DNA from: Lama glama
Lineage: Eukaryota
Reading direction: 5' to 3'
Assembly (NCBI GenBank): GCA_028534125.1
Contig: CM052827.1
Coordinates: 33,172,001-33,236,000, forward strand
DNA: 64,000 nucleotides
Made by a program: the position numbers and the translations under genes. Positions 49,830-62,179 of the stretch are shown piece by piece. The notes beneath the pieces were generated by a model. The model was not told the DNA's origin and ran no database searches. It worked only from the letters and a program-made list of their open reading frames with translations. The number at the start of each line of letters is the position of its first letter. The stretch's first letter is position 1.

Positions 49830-50060
49830 GTGCTTTGGGGTCAGCGGGACCTCAGGTTCAAGTCCCAGCTCTGCCACCTGCTGGCCATACTGCTTGGGGC
49901 AATTGAGTTAGCCTTTGTGAGCCCGTTTTCTTTTTAAAACGGGAATAAAGTGGAAATTCCACTAATGACAATCTCATGGGTTGTTGGGATGGTTCAATTA
50001 GATAATGGAGGCAAGATAGGTAGGGCAATTGTTGGCACCTAGGAATCCCCAAATAAAGTC
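49830..50060 (+). mobile_element. MIR SINE
   Basis: ggttcaagtcccagctctgccacctgctggccatactgcttggggcaattgagttagcc...ctcatgggttgttgggatggttcaattaga. Confidence 0.75.
49871..49887 (-). promoter_or_regulatory. CTCF motif (reverse), inside a MIR
   Basis: The reverse complement TGGCCAGCAGGTGGCAG is a strong CTCF core. Confidence 0.6.
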
Positions 50061-50348
50061 ATCTGGTAAGTAAAGACTTCACAGTTTGTTCTTAAAATGT
50101 TAGGCCAAGCCTCGGGCAGTCTTGGTCACCACTGGAATTTGACATTTCTTCCAGCTGATAACTCATCCTGAGGGATTCTGATGCTTCTTCCAAAACGGAG
50201 GGTCTATACCCAGTAGATGTAGAGGCAGAAAGGATAAAGATGTCTCTCTTTGGAGACTGCTGTCCCAGTGGGCCCAGCTGGGACTGGAGGTCAGGACATC
50301 TGGACAAGATCTGAAAGGGGATGAGAAAGAGGGGTGATGCTCACCAAT

Positions 50349-50983
50349 TGTGATAGGCAGACTCTAAGGTTGCGCCCATGATTCCCATACCCTGATGTAC
50401 ACACTTTGTATAATCCCCTCCCCTTGAGTATGGACCAACCCCCTAAAAATGTTGGGGTGTCACTTCTCTGATTAGGTTACTTTAAATGGCCAAGCTGAAG
50501 AGATGTTACAGATGCAATTAAGGTCCCTAATACGGTGACTTTGGTTAATCACAGGGGAGACGATTTGGGTGGGTGGACCTGATCTAATCAGGTGAGCCTT
50601 TACAAAAGGGTCTAGAGATCAAAGATGGAAAGTCAGAGAGACATGGAAGATGCAAGCAGCTGTGCTATGAGAGGAGAGGCCATGCGGCAAGGACCTGAGG
50701 GCCAGCTCTAAGAGCTGAGAGCTGTTCCCTGCCACAGCCAGCAAGGCAACAGGGACCTCAGTCCTAGGGCACCAGGAAATGAATTCTGACAACCACCGGT
50801 GAGCTTGGAAGAGGTCCCCGAAGCTCAGCTGACACCATGAGTTCAGCCCGATGAGACCCGAAGCCCCTGTTTAACCCACACTCAGACTCCTGAACCACAG
50901 AAACTGTGAGATAGCAAAATGTGTGTTATTTTAAACCACTAAGTTTGTGGTGATTGGTTATGAAGAAATAGGAACCTAATACA
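50349..50983 (+). mobile_element. MaLR solo LTR, MLT1E-like
   Basis: tgtgataggcagactctaagg...tataatcccctccccttgagt...ttaaggtccctaat...ccacagaaactgtgagata...aataggaacctaataca. Confidence 0.85.
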
Positions 50984-50984
50984 C

Positions 50985-51601
50985 CCACCCTGCCCATTCT
51001 GGACTCCATTCCACCCCTGCACCTGGTCACAGACAGCCTGTTTGATGGACCCTAGCTGCCTAAAATGATCAGCTGAATCCCATCCTCTCTGACTCAGTGA
51101 TTGGCACAAGGTAGGCGTGTGACCCAATTGGCCCAATCAGAGTGCAGCTCAGGACATTCATTTGATGGCTGGAGAAGTTCCCTTCTCTCCTGGGCTTCGC
51201 AGAGTTGGGGGAAAGGCACAGTCACAACTGCAAAGGCTGCAGGCTGAGATTAAAGCGGGCTGTGCAGGGCAGCCCTATAACCTCGCCGGCTAGGGAAGCA
51301 ACCTCCCAAATGCCCGCCCAACCTTGGACTCTCCAGCCATGTGAGTCAAGAAATTCCCTTAGAATGTAAATTGGTGCAGCCGCTATGGAAAACAGTATGG
51401 AGATTCCTTTAAAAACTAAAAAGAGTCACTGTATGATCCAGCAATCCCACTCCTGGGCATATATCCCGAAAAGACAAAGCCTCTAATTTGAAAAGATACA
51501 TGCAGCCCAATGTTCACAGCAGCACTATTTACAATAGCCAACCTTTACACAGAAGCAACCTAAATGTGCCACCAACAGATGATTGGATAAAGAAGATGTG
51601 G

Positions 51602-51639
<38 letters not shown>

Positions 51640-52195
51640 TATACAATGAAATACTACTCAGTCATAAAAAATGAAATAATGCCATTTGCAGCAACAAGGA
51701 TGGACCTAGAGATTATCATACTAACTGAAGTAAGTCTGACAGAGAAAGATAAATATCATATATCACTTTGGAATCTAAAAAATAATACAAATGAACCTAT
51801 TTATAAAACAGAGACAGACTCACAGACATAGAAAACAATCATATGGTTACCAAAAAAGAAAGTGGGGGAGGGATAAATTAGGAGTTTGGGATTAACAGAT
51901 ACATACTACTATATATAAAATAAACAGCAAGGACCTACTGTACAGCACAAAGAACTATATATATTCAAAATTTTGTAATAACCTCTAATGGAAAAGAATC
52001 TAAAAAAGAATATACACACACACACACATATGTATGTATAACTGAATCACTTTGCTGTACACTTTAAACACAACATTGTAAATCAACTATACTTCAATAA
52101 AAGAAAGAAATTCCTTTAATTCTCTGTATTACTTAAGCCATTTTATATTGATTTTTCTATTCCTCACCACCTGCTACTAAAAGCATTCGAATACA
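50985..52195 (+). mobile_element. Old ERVL-class LTR remnant (LTR16-like) split by an L1
   Basis: cagtgattggcacaaggtaggcgtgtgacccaattggcccaatcagag...cagccatgtgagtcaagaaattccctt; resumes cttaagccattttatattgatttttct. Confidence 0.55.
51362..52104 (+). mobile_element. 5'-truncated L1 3' end (cetartiodactyl type) containing (CA)n
   Basis: gaatgtaaattggtgcagccgctatggaaaacagtatgg...aatcaactatacttcaataaaa; TSD aagaaattccctta (51348-51361) / aagaaattccttta (52105-52118). Confidence 0.95.
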
Positions 52196-52265
52196 TGGTG
52201 GGTGTGAGCATCCTGTGTACAGGTCCTGACTGTACCCAACAGCTGCCTCACAGCTGCCCACTAGG

Positions 52266-52268
<3 letters not shown>

Positions 52269-52305
<37 letters not shown>
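52269..52305. repeat. (TAA)12 microsatellite
   Basis: Direct reading. Confidence 0.95.
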
Positions 52306-52306
<1 letters not shown>

Positions 52307-54199
52307 TTGCCTCCTGCTATACTTTGTTCATTCAACAAGGATTGATTGAGGGCTTATAAGTGCCAGAAATTGCATTGCTGAGCTGAAGCAGAGAAGTGGC
52401 ACCCCAGTCCCTGCCTCACACATGTCACAGTCCAGGGGGTTTGCAGACAAGCAAACCGGCAGTTACAAGTTGTATACATGGTGACGGTGCGGGGCATGCA
52501 TGCTTTGGCCGAACGACTAAGGGTCAATATTAGCATTTAGTCCCAACCGAAGCCAAATGACACCATCATGAATTCACTTCTGAGATCAAACAACCATCCT
52601 AGGATCTTGTTTTTAAATTTCATTATTATTGCAGTGTTATACTTAACGTTTTAGTAGTCACGTTCTGAACAGTCAACACAGGGCAGGAACAATAATTCCT
52701 CAGGACTGTCAGAGGTCAGGTGGCCCCATGGCATCCAAGCTCTCCTTTGTGATAAGAAATAAATACTTCCTCTCCACTGAGGTCAGGAGAGAAGCAAGAC
52801 ATTGGGAGGTTGCCTCACCTTTATCCAACACATTTTTTCATTCTTTATATTCTGAATTACATATGGATCAGATTCATCGTGAATACTGTACAAAATTCTG
52901 GAATTTTTCCTCCTATTTTGAGGTAGCAAAGGTGACATTCTATTTCCAATTCATCCTCCCAGGATATGAAAAAACTCCCAAATATTTTCTTGAAATCCTC
53001 ATGACCTAAATAGAACTCCTAGGTAGAATTAAATAACTAAAAATTAACTGCAGTTATTAAAGTTTATTTTGTTTAGTGTTATGAATGCAGGTACAGTATC
53101 AACTCTACAAATAATATAATTGTGATATAATCTAATTTCTATTATTCTGTTCTTATTATTTAAATTTTATAAACATTGGTTGGCTCAGAAAGGAAATAAT
53201 ATTCTTCCTAAAGTTATCTAGCTAATACTCTCAATATTTGTATTAACCATTACTCTATCTCCCTATTTACTTGTCAATTGAAAATATGTTAAGGTGATTT
53301 AGCAAATAAAATTAAGTTTCATAATCAAAATTATTACAGTATTTTACTCTTAATTTATACTTCAACAATTGATAAAATGTCTAAATGTAAACAAAAAGAT
53401 GACTCTATAATACTTCAAAAATGTTTACCTATATTTGAATGTGAATGTTTAGATATTAACAATATATACAAAATATATACATTCTCATTTATTACCTGTC
53501 ATGTAAATTAGGTCTCATGATAACCTACATTATCACTCAATCATTGATGACTCACAGTTTCACAGATTCCAGAAATGACATTGAATTAATAGCCATTTGT
53601 CTGTTCAGCCACCCAAAACTGAATACCAAGGTCAAAGTCAACTTCCTCTCATCCCTGCATCAGTTAGGATCCAATCAGGGAAGCAGGAATCCAAGTATTT
53701 TCATACCAGCTGCTTTGGTATCCAAGTTCTCTCTCCTCTCCCCTCCCCCAGGCCAAAAATCATGTTCATTTCTTATAGAGAAAGGTCCTTTTTGCTTCAC
53801 TATCTCCTTTTAGATCATAGCCTCAGAACCTGACACTCATCCAAAGGGTCCCCTCAAGGGATTTTCCAAGAGTCTCTTCTCTAAAAGAAGCCTGGGTCCT
53901 AGATGTCAAGATAATCATTTCCTTGCCCTGCTTCATGAGTAAGACTTACTTGAAGTGTTCTGCCACCAAATACAAAATGATGAAAAACCAAAGCCCCAGA
54001 TTATCCTCAGGTCTCTTTCCAATCTTTATGTTTTGGTTCTAAGAAGACCTAGAGGGAGGAATGTCCCAAGCTGGTCTCCAAGGCGAACTCATCCCCTAGG
54101 ATTCTGTGGCCAGAGTCAGAGGACACAGGGGTCTCTGTCTCTCTTTAGAGGCCAGGATCCCGGCCACCCAGGTCCTGTGTCCCACCTCTCTTTTCTCAC

Positions 54200-55080
54200 T
54201 ACCTATTTTTATAATAAAAGTAATATAGCAATTGTTGCAAATAATTTAGAAAGTCCAAAAACAGAAGAGAATTGCCCCTAATCCCGCCACCCAGAGGCTC
54301 CCACCATTACAGATGATTTCCATTCCAGTCTTTTTTTCTATGCAGTAACAGACATCTTCCCCTGTCTGTGAAAGTGGATCAGACTGGACATGCAGTTCTG
54401 TGTCCTTGATTTTTCCATCTCTGTCGTCAGTGAGAGGCAGAGTGGCAGATGTTAGAAAGCAGTTGGGGTTCAAGCCCCCCAGTGCCTCATGAGCTACTGA
54501 GCTCTGGCTCTCTGTCTTCCTGGACTGCTATTTCCCCATCTATAACATGGGCATTATTCTGTTATTACACTTGCCTCGCAAGGTTGCTGGTTTATTCCTT
54601 GCATAGTGCTTAGAGCAGTAGCCTGGTGCATTATAAATGCTATTACTATGATTATTATGTTTCCATGGCAGCAAAAATGCACATAAGCATCATTTTGAAC
54701 GGATGCACATCATTCCACTGAATGGATGGATGGACAGATGACACAGATTATTTAACCACTTTCCTATGGTTGGACACTAAGGGTCTTTCCAAAGGTTTGC
54801 TGCTATATCCAATGATAACCTCACACACAAATCTTTCTGCATCTGTTGATTTTGCTGAATTCCATCCTAGAAGAACAATTTCTAGATCAATGGTAGGCAC
54901 TTGTTTAAATCTCAATGCATGATGCTGAATTGCTCTTTGGAGAAATTGTGCCATTTATAATTCACTCTGGTGAGGAAAGACCCTACAGCCTGGGCGTTTT
55001 CAAGTAGTTATTTCATTGTTGTTGATAGTTTCGAATCAGGGCCAAGTGGATGGGCAAGGGCTGATATCTTGTGATTTTAG
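54200..55080 (-). mobile_element. Old L1 (L1ME-type) fragments with a MIR (plus, about 54430-54655) inserted
   Basis: tatttaaccactttcctatggttggacactaagg...atcctagaagaacaatttctagatcaatggta; MIR tttccccatctataacatgggcatt...gtgcttagagcagtagcctgg. Confidence 0.65.
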
Positions 55081-56074
55081 TTGATATGGTTTCGCTTTAG
55101 TGTCTCCAGGAAGCCCTTCTGTGCCATTTCTCAGCACTGCTGCCACCACCTAGGTCTTTCCTACCCACACATCCTGATACAGACAAAACATCAGCTTTCC
55201 AGGCATCAGCAGAGAGGCTTGAAGAATAGATGCTCCCAGGAGCCCGAGGTCACTGAAGGTGTCCAAAATGTGGCCATCCTGATTGCTCTTAGGATTTGTC
55301 AGCAATAGTGGCAGAAGTCAAAAGAAGACAAATGGCTTTGCAAAGCAGTTGGAAGAAACTACTCCTACGTCCAGGACCACAGCAGAAGATAAACCAGGAC
55401 TAGGGCCGTTCTGGAGGCCACAAGGTGTGTTTCCCCGCCCAGGGAATGGGCAGGCGTCTCCAGGGAGACACAGGGGACGGGAAGCCCTGCAGAGCCAAGG
55501 GCATAAATGGCCACAGGGGAACAGGGGTCAGGGGTGTGACTCGCAGTTGAGAGGCCAGGTTTCCAGCTGTTCCTTCTGGGCTCCCTTGAGGCTGCCCCAG
55601 TGGCTACTCCAAGGATTTTATCCAAAAACCAACAGAAAAACTGTTTCAAACCTGTGGATATAATTAGAATCTATCCAAGATGGAAAGGAGAAAATAACCC
55701 TGCAGCATGTCCCAGGTACACAGGGACTCTCAGCAAATGTTTACGGAATAAATAACACAAGAGGGAAAACCAGTTTGGGATTTGTCAGAAGTTCTGAGTG
55801 AACTGAACTCTCTTGTCAAGATTTAAGAGATCATTAACAGAAGTAAAAATCAATCTGCCTTAACTGGCTGTTTTGTGCAAGAGACAACAGAGAAAAAAGG
55901 ACAAATGGGCCCTGCCTCCAAGCTGCACTCCCAGCAGGGCTGCAGGTAACTGCGCCCTGGGGTTTAAGCCCCAGCTCCCTGGTTCAACAGCTGAGTGTGC
56001 ATAGGCGACCTGCATCACTTAGCATCATTAAGCCTTGGGTTCCTTTTCTGTGAAATGCGGTACCCAACCTACCA

Positions 56075-56195
56075 TCTTAGCTCACATCTGAATTACATCT
56101 GCAAAGACCCTGCTTCCTACAAGATCGCAACCACAGCCCCACAGGTTAGGACTTGAACCTATCTTTCAGCGGGGACACGGTTCAACCCAATGCAC
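56075..56195 (-). mobile_element. MLT1 LTR fragment
   Basis: aattacatctgcaaagaccctgcttcc...ggttaggacttgaacctatcttt...ggggacacggttcaaccca. Confidence 0.7.
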
Positions 56196-56199
56196 CCTT

Positions 56200-56480
56200 C
56201 CCTCTGAGATCCGCGTGGCTCCCTCACTCTTTTCCTTGGTTCCAGGCTCTGCTAGACCGTCACCTCCTGGGAGAGGTTTCGGAAGCAGGCCTCACCACTC
56301 CAGGCTCCCATCCTGCTTTCCTTTTCTCCGTAGACCTTGTCACCACCTGCTATGTTACATATTTTAATGTTTGTTATCAGTCTTCCTGTCTAGAACATAA
56401 ACTCCCTGAGGGCAGGGGTTAATGTGGCATATAGTTGGCCCTCAATAAATGTTTGCAAAATGACTGAGACAGTGAGTGAT
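56200..56480 (+). mobile_element. L2 3' end
   Basis: tctagaacataaactccctgagggcagggg...ggcatatagttggccctcaataaatgtttg. Confidence 0.75.
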
Positions 56481-56553
56481 GGTTGTTTATAGTCTCTCCG
56501 CTGGGGGACACCCATGCTGCTGTCCAAAGATTCTTCTCATTTTAGGGGGACAC

Positions 56554-57038
56554 TATGGCAGACTGAATAACGGCTCTCCAAAGATGTCCACGCCCTAATC
56601 CCCAGAACCTGTGATGTGCCACCTCACATGGCAGAAGGGACTCTGCAGATGTGAATCAATTAAGGCACCTGAGATGGGAGATTGTCGTGGATTATCCAAT
56701 GGGTCCAGTGTTGCCACCAGGGGCCCTGTAAGGGGCAAGCAGGACGGCCAGAGTCAGAGGAGATGTAATGACAGAATCAGAGGCTGGAGTGATGTACTTT
56801 AAAGACAGAGGAAGGGGCCATGAGCCAAGGTGTGCACATGTTCTCTAGAAGCTGGAAAAAGAAAACAGGTTCTCCCCTGGAGCCTTCAGAATGAACACAG
56901 CTCTGCCAATACCATGACTTCAGCCCAGTGAGACTCAAGTCAGACTTCAGATCTAAAATTAAAAAAATACTTTTGTGCTGTTTTAAGCCACTAAAAATGT
57001 GTGGTGATCTGTTACAGCAGCAAGAGGAAACTAATACT
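56554..57038 (+). mobile_element. MaLR solo LTR, MLT1D-like
   Basis: tatggcagactgaataacggctctccaaagatgtccacgccctaatccccagaacctgtga...tgttacagcagcaagaggaaactaatac; perfect TSD gacac (56549-56553, 57039-57043). Confidence 0.93.
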
Positions 57039-57094
57039 GACACTTTGTTCTCCTCTCCCCAGAGCAGCCCCTTCTGGGCCAGGCATGTCAGCTA

Positions 57095-57220
57095 GTAGCA
57101 AAGATTTGCAGGTGAAGAACTGAGGCCAGACAGGTCAAGGAGCTGACCCCAGGTCACATAGCTGGGCAGTGGCCAACTCAAGATTTGAGCCCCCTGTGTG
57201 TCTCCAAAGCCCTTACTTTT
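57095..57220 (-). mobile_element. MIR fragment
   Basis: caggtgaagaactgaggccagacaggtcaaggagctgaccccaggtcacatagct. Confidence 0.7.
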
Positions 57221-57729
57221 GCCCCAGCACTGGAGTGGAGGGTGACTGTGCGGCTTCGTACGGCTAAGAGCCACCCTGGGACCCACACAGAGATGGCTGT
57301 GTGTGAGGATGGTTCTATTTCTAAATGGCTTGTCCCAGTGGAACTGTGCTTCAAGTGGTATGTATGGATGTATCTGGTCCCAATGCAGCCCAGGCTGTAG
57401 CCTGATTGTTGGGGGAGTCAAGATAAGCAGCTGTGCCCAAATGTCTTCAGGTGTCATGTTTAATAGAGCCAACCTCCAAGGACACAGCCCCAGAGCCCAG
57501 GATGGAGAGGGGTGAGGGGCCTGCCCCACCTAGAACGGGGAGGGAAGGACAGGGGGCCCTCAGTGCTCAAAGGCCACAGAGCCTGGGTGCCCTGGGGGTC
57601 TCCCATCAATCCATGGGAGTTATTACCCCATTTTACAGGTCAGCAAACAGAAGTCTGAGGAGGCTGCTGATTTGTCCAAAGTCCACAGGGAGGAGGCAGG
57701 GCTGGACTTGGCATCCAGGGCTGGAGTAA

Positions 57730-57882
57730 CTCACACACACCCACTTACACAGATATGCTCACACACACAAATTATCAGACATACACACACATTCTCACCG
57801 TCACACAGATGCACACAAGTGCGCATTCACCCCCACACTCGTGTACACACATTCCCTAACACGAGCACGTGGACACACACTC
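57730..57882. repeat. Degenerate (CA)n low-complexity tract
   Basis: cacacacacccacttacacagatatgctcacacacac...gacacacactc. Confidence 0.85.
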
Positions 57883-60039
57883 AGTCAGGCCATGGGCGCT
57901 GTTCCTGCAATTCACCGATTGTTTATTATGAAAGATCAATCGATCCCAGCCTGTTGTTGACTCTTCTGGCAGAAAGACAGACTATAAAATCCTCGGCTTA
58001 ACAGGCTCTAATCCAGGCTCCCCGCCCATTGATTCCCCTCTGATGCTGCCATCAGGCATGTCTATTTCCATGGGATGCGCATCTTATCTTGGAGAAAATG
58101 CAGGATTAGTCACCTGGCCTTACATGCATGTGCTCACCCTGAATGGGGCTCCCCCGGGCCTGACTCCCTCACTCTGAGCATTTCTCTAGCGTGATGCATT
58201 CTCTCCTTCCACCACAAGGAATAGAAGGCCACGAGCTCTAAAGCCAGGAAGAGCTTCACGGCGCCCCAGCTCCAACCATGGGCTCGGCTGCCCCCGGGAG
58301 ATTTGGTTTGGACATGGGGATAAGATTCGGGCCCCTCGGGACAAAGAGAAACGATGAAATGGCGATATACTGGTATCCAGGGAGCAAAACAGAAGATGCC
58401 GAAAGCAAGTGGAGGTGATTCCAGAAAAAGGTGTGGCTGCAGAGGTGACAAAGGAAGGGAAACACACGATGAACTGAATTCTGTACCCGGTCAGCTTCTG
58501 CAGGGCTGAGCATTTGCTGTGCAGCTCTGAAGATGTGCTTATTCAAAACCCCTTTCGCTGCCCTGGTTTCAGCCACTTTGGGGTTAACTGTCATCACTTT
58601 GAGGCACTTTCTCCCAGGACCCACCAACGTGAATTCTGTGTACAGGAGACCAGTATTTTTCAGTTAAACCACACAAAACCTAGCTGCCAACCAGGTGGAA
58701 TTCTGCAGCTATGCATTCTCATGAGATATAGTAACATGATGAAGCTTAAAGTAAATGTTCACAGACCAGCCCCTGGGCCCGGCTGCATGTTACCCACAAT
58801 CAACACAGCAAGGAGCCTGCAGCCAGAACAGAGCCCGGCCCAAGCCCTCGGCCAGTGCCACGCACCCCGCCCGCCTCTGCCCAGCACTCTGGAGCTGGGA
58901 CATCAAGGAGATGTTAAAGATGAGGTCCCTGACCTGAGACCCACCGGACTCAGGGGTCCTGCCCCCATCAGCCTGCTAGGATTTCACCCAGAAGTGTCAC
59001 TTTCTCACCAAGAACAGAATCCTGGCCCCAGGGCTGTGCAGCCTGGCTGCTCAGAAAGCAAACCTGCAAATCACTTCAGTTGCTGTTTCATCAGGTGCCA
59101 TGGAACAAAACATCCTGCAGAAATCACACAGCAGCTTTGTGAGGGGCCGAGCAGCCCTCCAATTACTGTCACATAATCTTCTCCAACTTGATTTGATCTC
59201 CCTTATCTTATCTATAATAGATAAATGCCCAGCCCCAGGGAAGGGACTTTAAAAAAAAAAACTGAGTATAATAAACCAGAAAAGTGCCAGCTGTCACTGG
59301 CAGGAAGCCGTGCCCATTAGTGGGCACAGAGCAATCCTCATGCCCCCTCCCCAAGCCCTCAGTCCAGAGAGGAGTGTTCCAGAAGTCTCCACTCCCTCTG
59401 TCAGTCACATCACAAGGAGACCACCCTGGGCCAGGCAGGAGGGGAGAGCTGTGAGCACAGTGCCTGCCGATCTCCAGCAATTCCCAGTGCAGGGAGACTG
59501 TGTCTGAGCCGCCAGCAGCCAGTCCGGAGATGTCCTTGTCACCAGGAATGTCGTGGGCACAGGCCCTGGATTCTCTCCCCGGCCTCCTGTCAGCCACTTG
59601 GAAGGACCCGGCGGGAGGCTTGGTTCAATCCGCCCTCTCTGCAGGAGCTGCACATTCTAATTTCGCCTTGGCAGAGACATGAGCGGCCGGCGTGCCAGGC
59701 CATTGTGGGGGACGGAAGCACAGAGCCAGCAGCCAAGGGTGGAACGCAGGAAGAGGCTGCCTGTGAGCCTCACTGCCTCCCTGCTGGGCACTGAAGTCTG
59801 CAGGCCAGTACTTAGAGTCCACTCATGAGGCGTGAGGGCTCACGGCCAATGGCTGAGGCTGCAGGACTCCAGGAGAGAAGAGAGGCCTACTGGGGGGCGC
59901 CCAAAAAGGGGACTTCTTTCTGCTCTAATGGAGAACACAGCCCTTTTCACTTTTTCTGTCCAAGGTCCCTGCGAGCCGGTCTCCTCGGGCTGGGGGCAGA
60001 GGGTATGGTAGCCAGTGAGAGGGCAGACATCTGCCCCAG

Positions 60040-60210
60040 CTGCCCTGGCCCAACCTCACTCTACATCTTGGACGAGTCACTTAACCTGCCAGAGCCTCAG
60101 CTTCCTCCTCCGCAGGGTAGAGCCAGTTCTAGGGACCACCTGACAGGGCTGTAGTTTCAAACAGGATGAAATACAGGAAGGGCACATAGTAAGTGCTTAT
60201 TAAATGACAA
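60040..60210 (+). mobile_element. MIR SINE
   Basis: cttggacgagtcacttaacctgccagagcctcagcttcctc...ggcacatagtaagtgcttattaaatg. Confidence 0.7.
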
Positions 60211-62024
60211 ACGTGAGTATGGTTCCAACCACTGTGATTTCCACATGGGAAGCTGAGGGTCCAGGCAAGTGACAGCCAACAACATACAGCAGGAAAGGGA
60301 ATCGGGAGACCCCAGCCCTGGACACAAAGCCAGGCCCTGCTCTCTGCCAGCACCACTGGGTGCCCCCCACGATAATATCTCTACATGCTGCATGGACACG
60401 GCTCTGTCAGGAGTAAGATGCATTTTCAATCTTCTGGGGGAGACTGTAAATGTAAAACCACCTACTGGACACAGGTGAGCCCAGAGCCCTCGCACCCTGA
60501 GTCATTTCAGGGAGAATCCTGGCTCTGTGACTTTCTCTGGGCTGGTTTCTCCAGCTATAAGATGAGGGAGCAAAATTAGATGGTTCTATCACTGTGACCA
60601 AAGAGCAATCCGTTTCATCCCTACACCCCCATGTGCCACAGCTCCCCCATCTCCCAGCCCTCAGGGAATTTGCACACGCGGGCACTATTTAATGAAGCCC
60701 ATCACCGCTTGAGGTCAGAACAGGAGATGCACGGCAAGTTGCTGGGAATTTTTAAGTCATGGAAACAAAACTTTCATGGGAGAGGGTGGGACACAAGCAG
60801 TTTTCAACATGTATTTTTAGGACCCTGTACAAGCCTGAAGTCCCTTTGATTCGTTTAGAAACAAAAACATATGTGTGTCTCAAGTTTGCCTGATTTAGAC
60901 GTGGGCGTGACCGGAGGAAAACGTTTCCCGGCTGGATTTTCTGATTTGTTGGGAAAAGCCAAAAGTTTCTTTAGAACAAAAAGACAGCCCTCACTCCCCC
61001 GACCCACATCCCATTCTTTTCTTCCTCCTTGGCCTTCTTTCCTGGCTCTGAGGGGGTGTGTGAGGACCACGGGGAGGGCTCTGAAGCACAGGCATGCAGC
61101 CCTGACCGCAGCCTGAGCCCCGCCCGGCAGCTGGAGACAACGGTTTCCAGATGTGCGCAGGCCCGGAACTGCCCGGCGGCCAGGACCCTGCCCGGGGCCA
61201 GCGGGCTCCCAGGCCCCACTGCCCACCTTCCTGAAACATTCCTCTCAACCCACAACAGGAAACACTCTGGAAAGACAGAGATGTCCATCCCAGTCTCCTC
61301 TGAGCCGGCCTTAGCACTCACGCCCTGTCCCACCCAAACTCAGGAGCAGGTATTAGCTCAACATAATCAGAGATATTTCGGGGCTTGGAAGCAACAGAGC
61401 CAGAGGGGAAAGGCAGGTGTGTGTGATTCCACAGTGCAGGTCCTGAGATACTAGGCTAACCTGCTTTCAGCTCCTGGGCACTGACCTGCGGCAGAAGTTT
61501 GGGTGGGCAGGGCCGGCGGGTCAGCCACACCTGGTGCGGGCTGAGAGGGAGCCTGGGCACCCAAGGTCCCCACCCTGTGCATTGGTGGGGCCATGGAGGG
61601 AGGTCAGGAAGTGGGAAGCTGCCACCCACCGGGCGCACACAACCACACAGGAGCACACACCTCCACCCCTCCAGCTTCTTGTCCTCCCTGCCCCGTCCCT
61701 TTGTTATAAAGGACTCCCAGCTTCTCTGGAAGTGCACGGCACATAAATGATGACTGTTGAAGAGTATCTGTCTCTCCAGGCAACACACGTGTAGAGACAC
61801 ACATGCAGGCAGTGCACAGTGGTGCATGTACAACTCGCACAGGGGTACACACTCACACTCAGCTGCAGGGATGGTCTCCTGCAGGCTTTGGGGTAGGTCA
61901 GCCCCTTGAGGGGAGGGGGCTGCTCCTGTTATTCCTCTCTGCCTGTGCCCCCAAAGGGTACCTAGACACCAGTCCAGAGTCCTGGCAAAGGGAGGGACAC
62001 TTAAGGAGAGTCAGAAGGGAACAC

Positions 62025-62115
62025 AGCAGAGAAGGAGAAAGGAAGGAAAAAGAGAAGGAAGGAGGAGGTGTCGGGAAGGGGAGAGGAGAGGAGGGAGGGA
62101 GGAGTGGGGAGGGAG
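62025..62115. repeat. Polypurine (GA-rich) tract
   Basis: agagaaggagaaaggaaggaaaaagagaaggaaggaggag...gggaaggggagaggagaggagggagggaggagtggggaggg. Confidence 0.85.
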
Positions 62116-62179
62116 TGTGCTGAAGCAGGCCCTCTCTGAGCCCCAGTGACGCACAAAGTATAGCCCATTATCCCCTGGA

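Noticed and set aside
58514..59176. Longest ORF (220 aa)
   Set aside because: Non-ATG start, no recognisable domain and no convincing splice context; expected by chance in GC-rich DNA.
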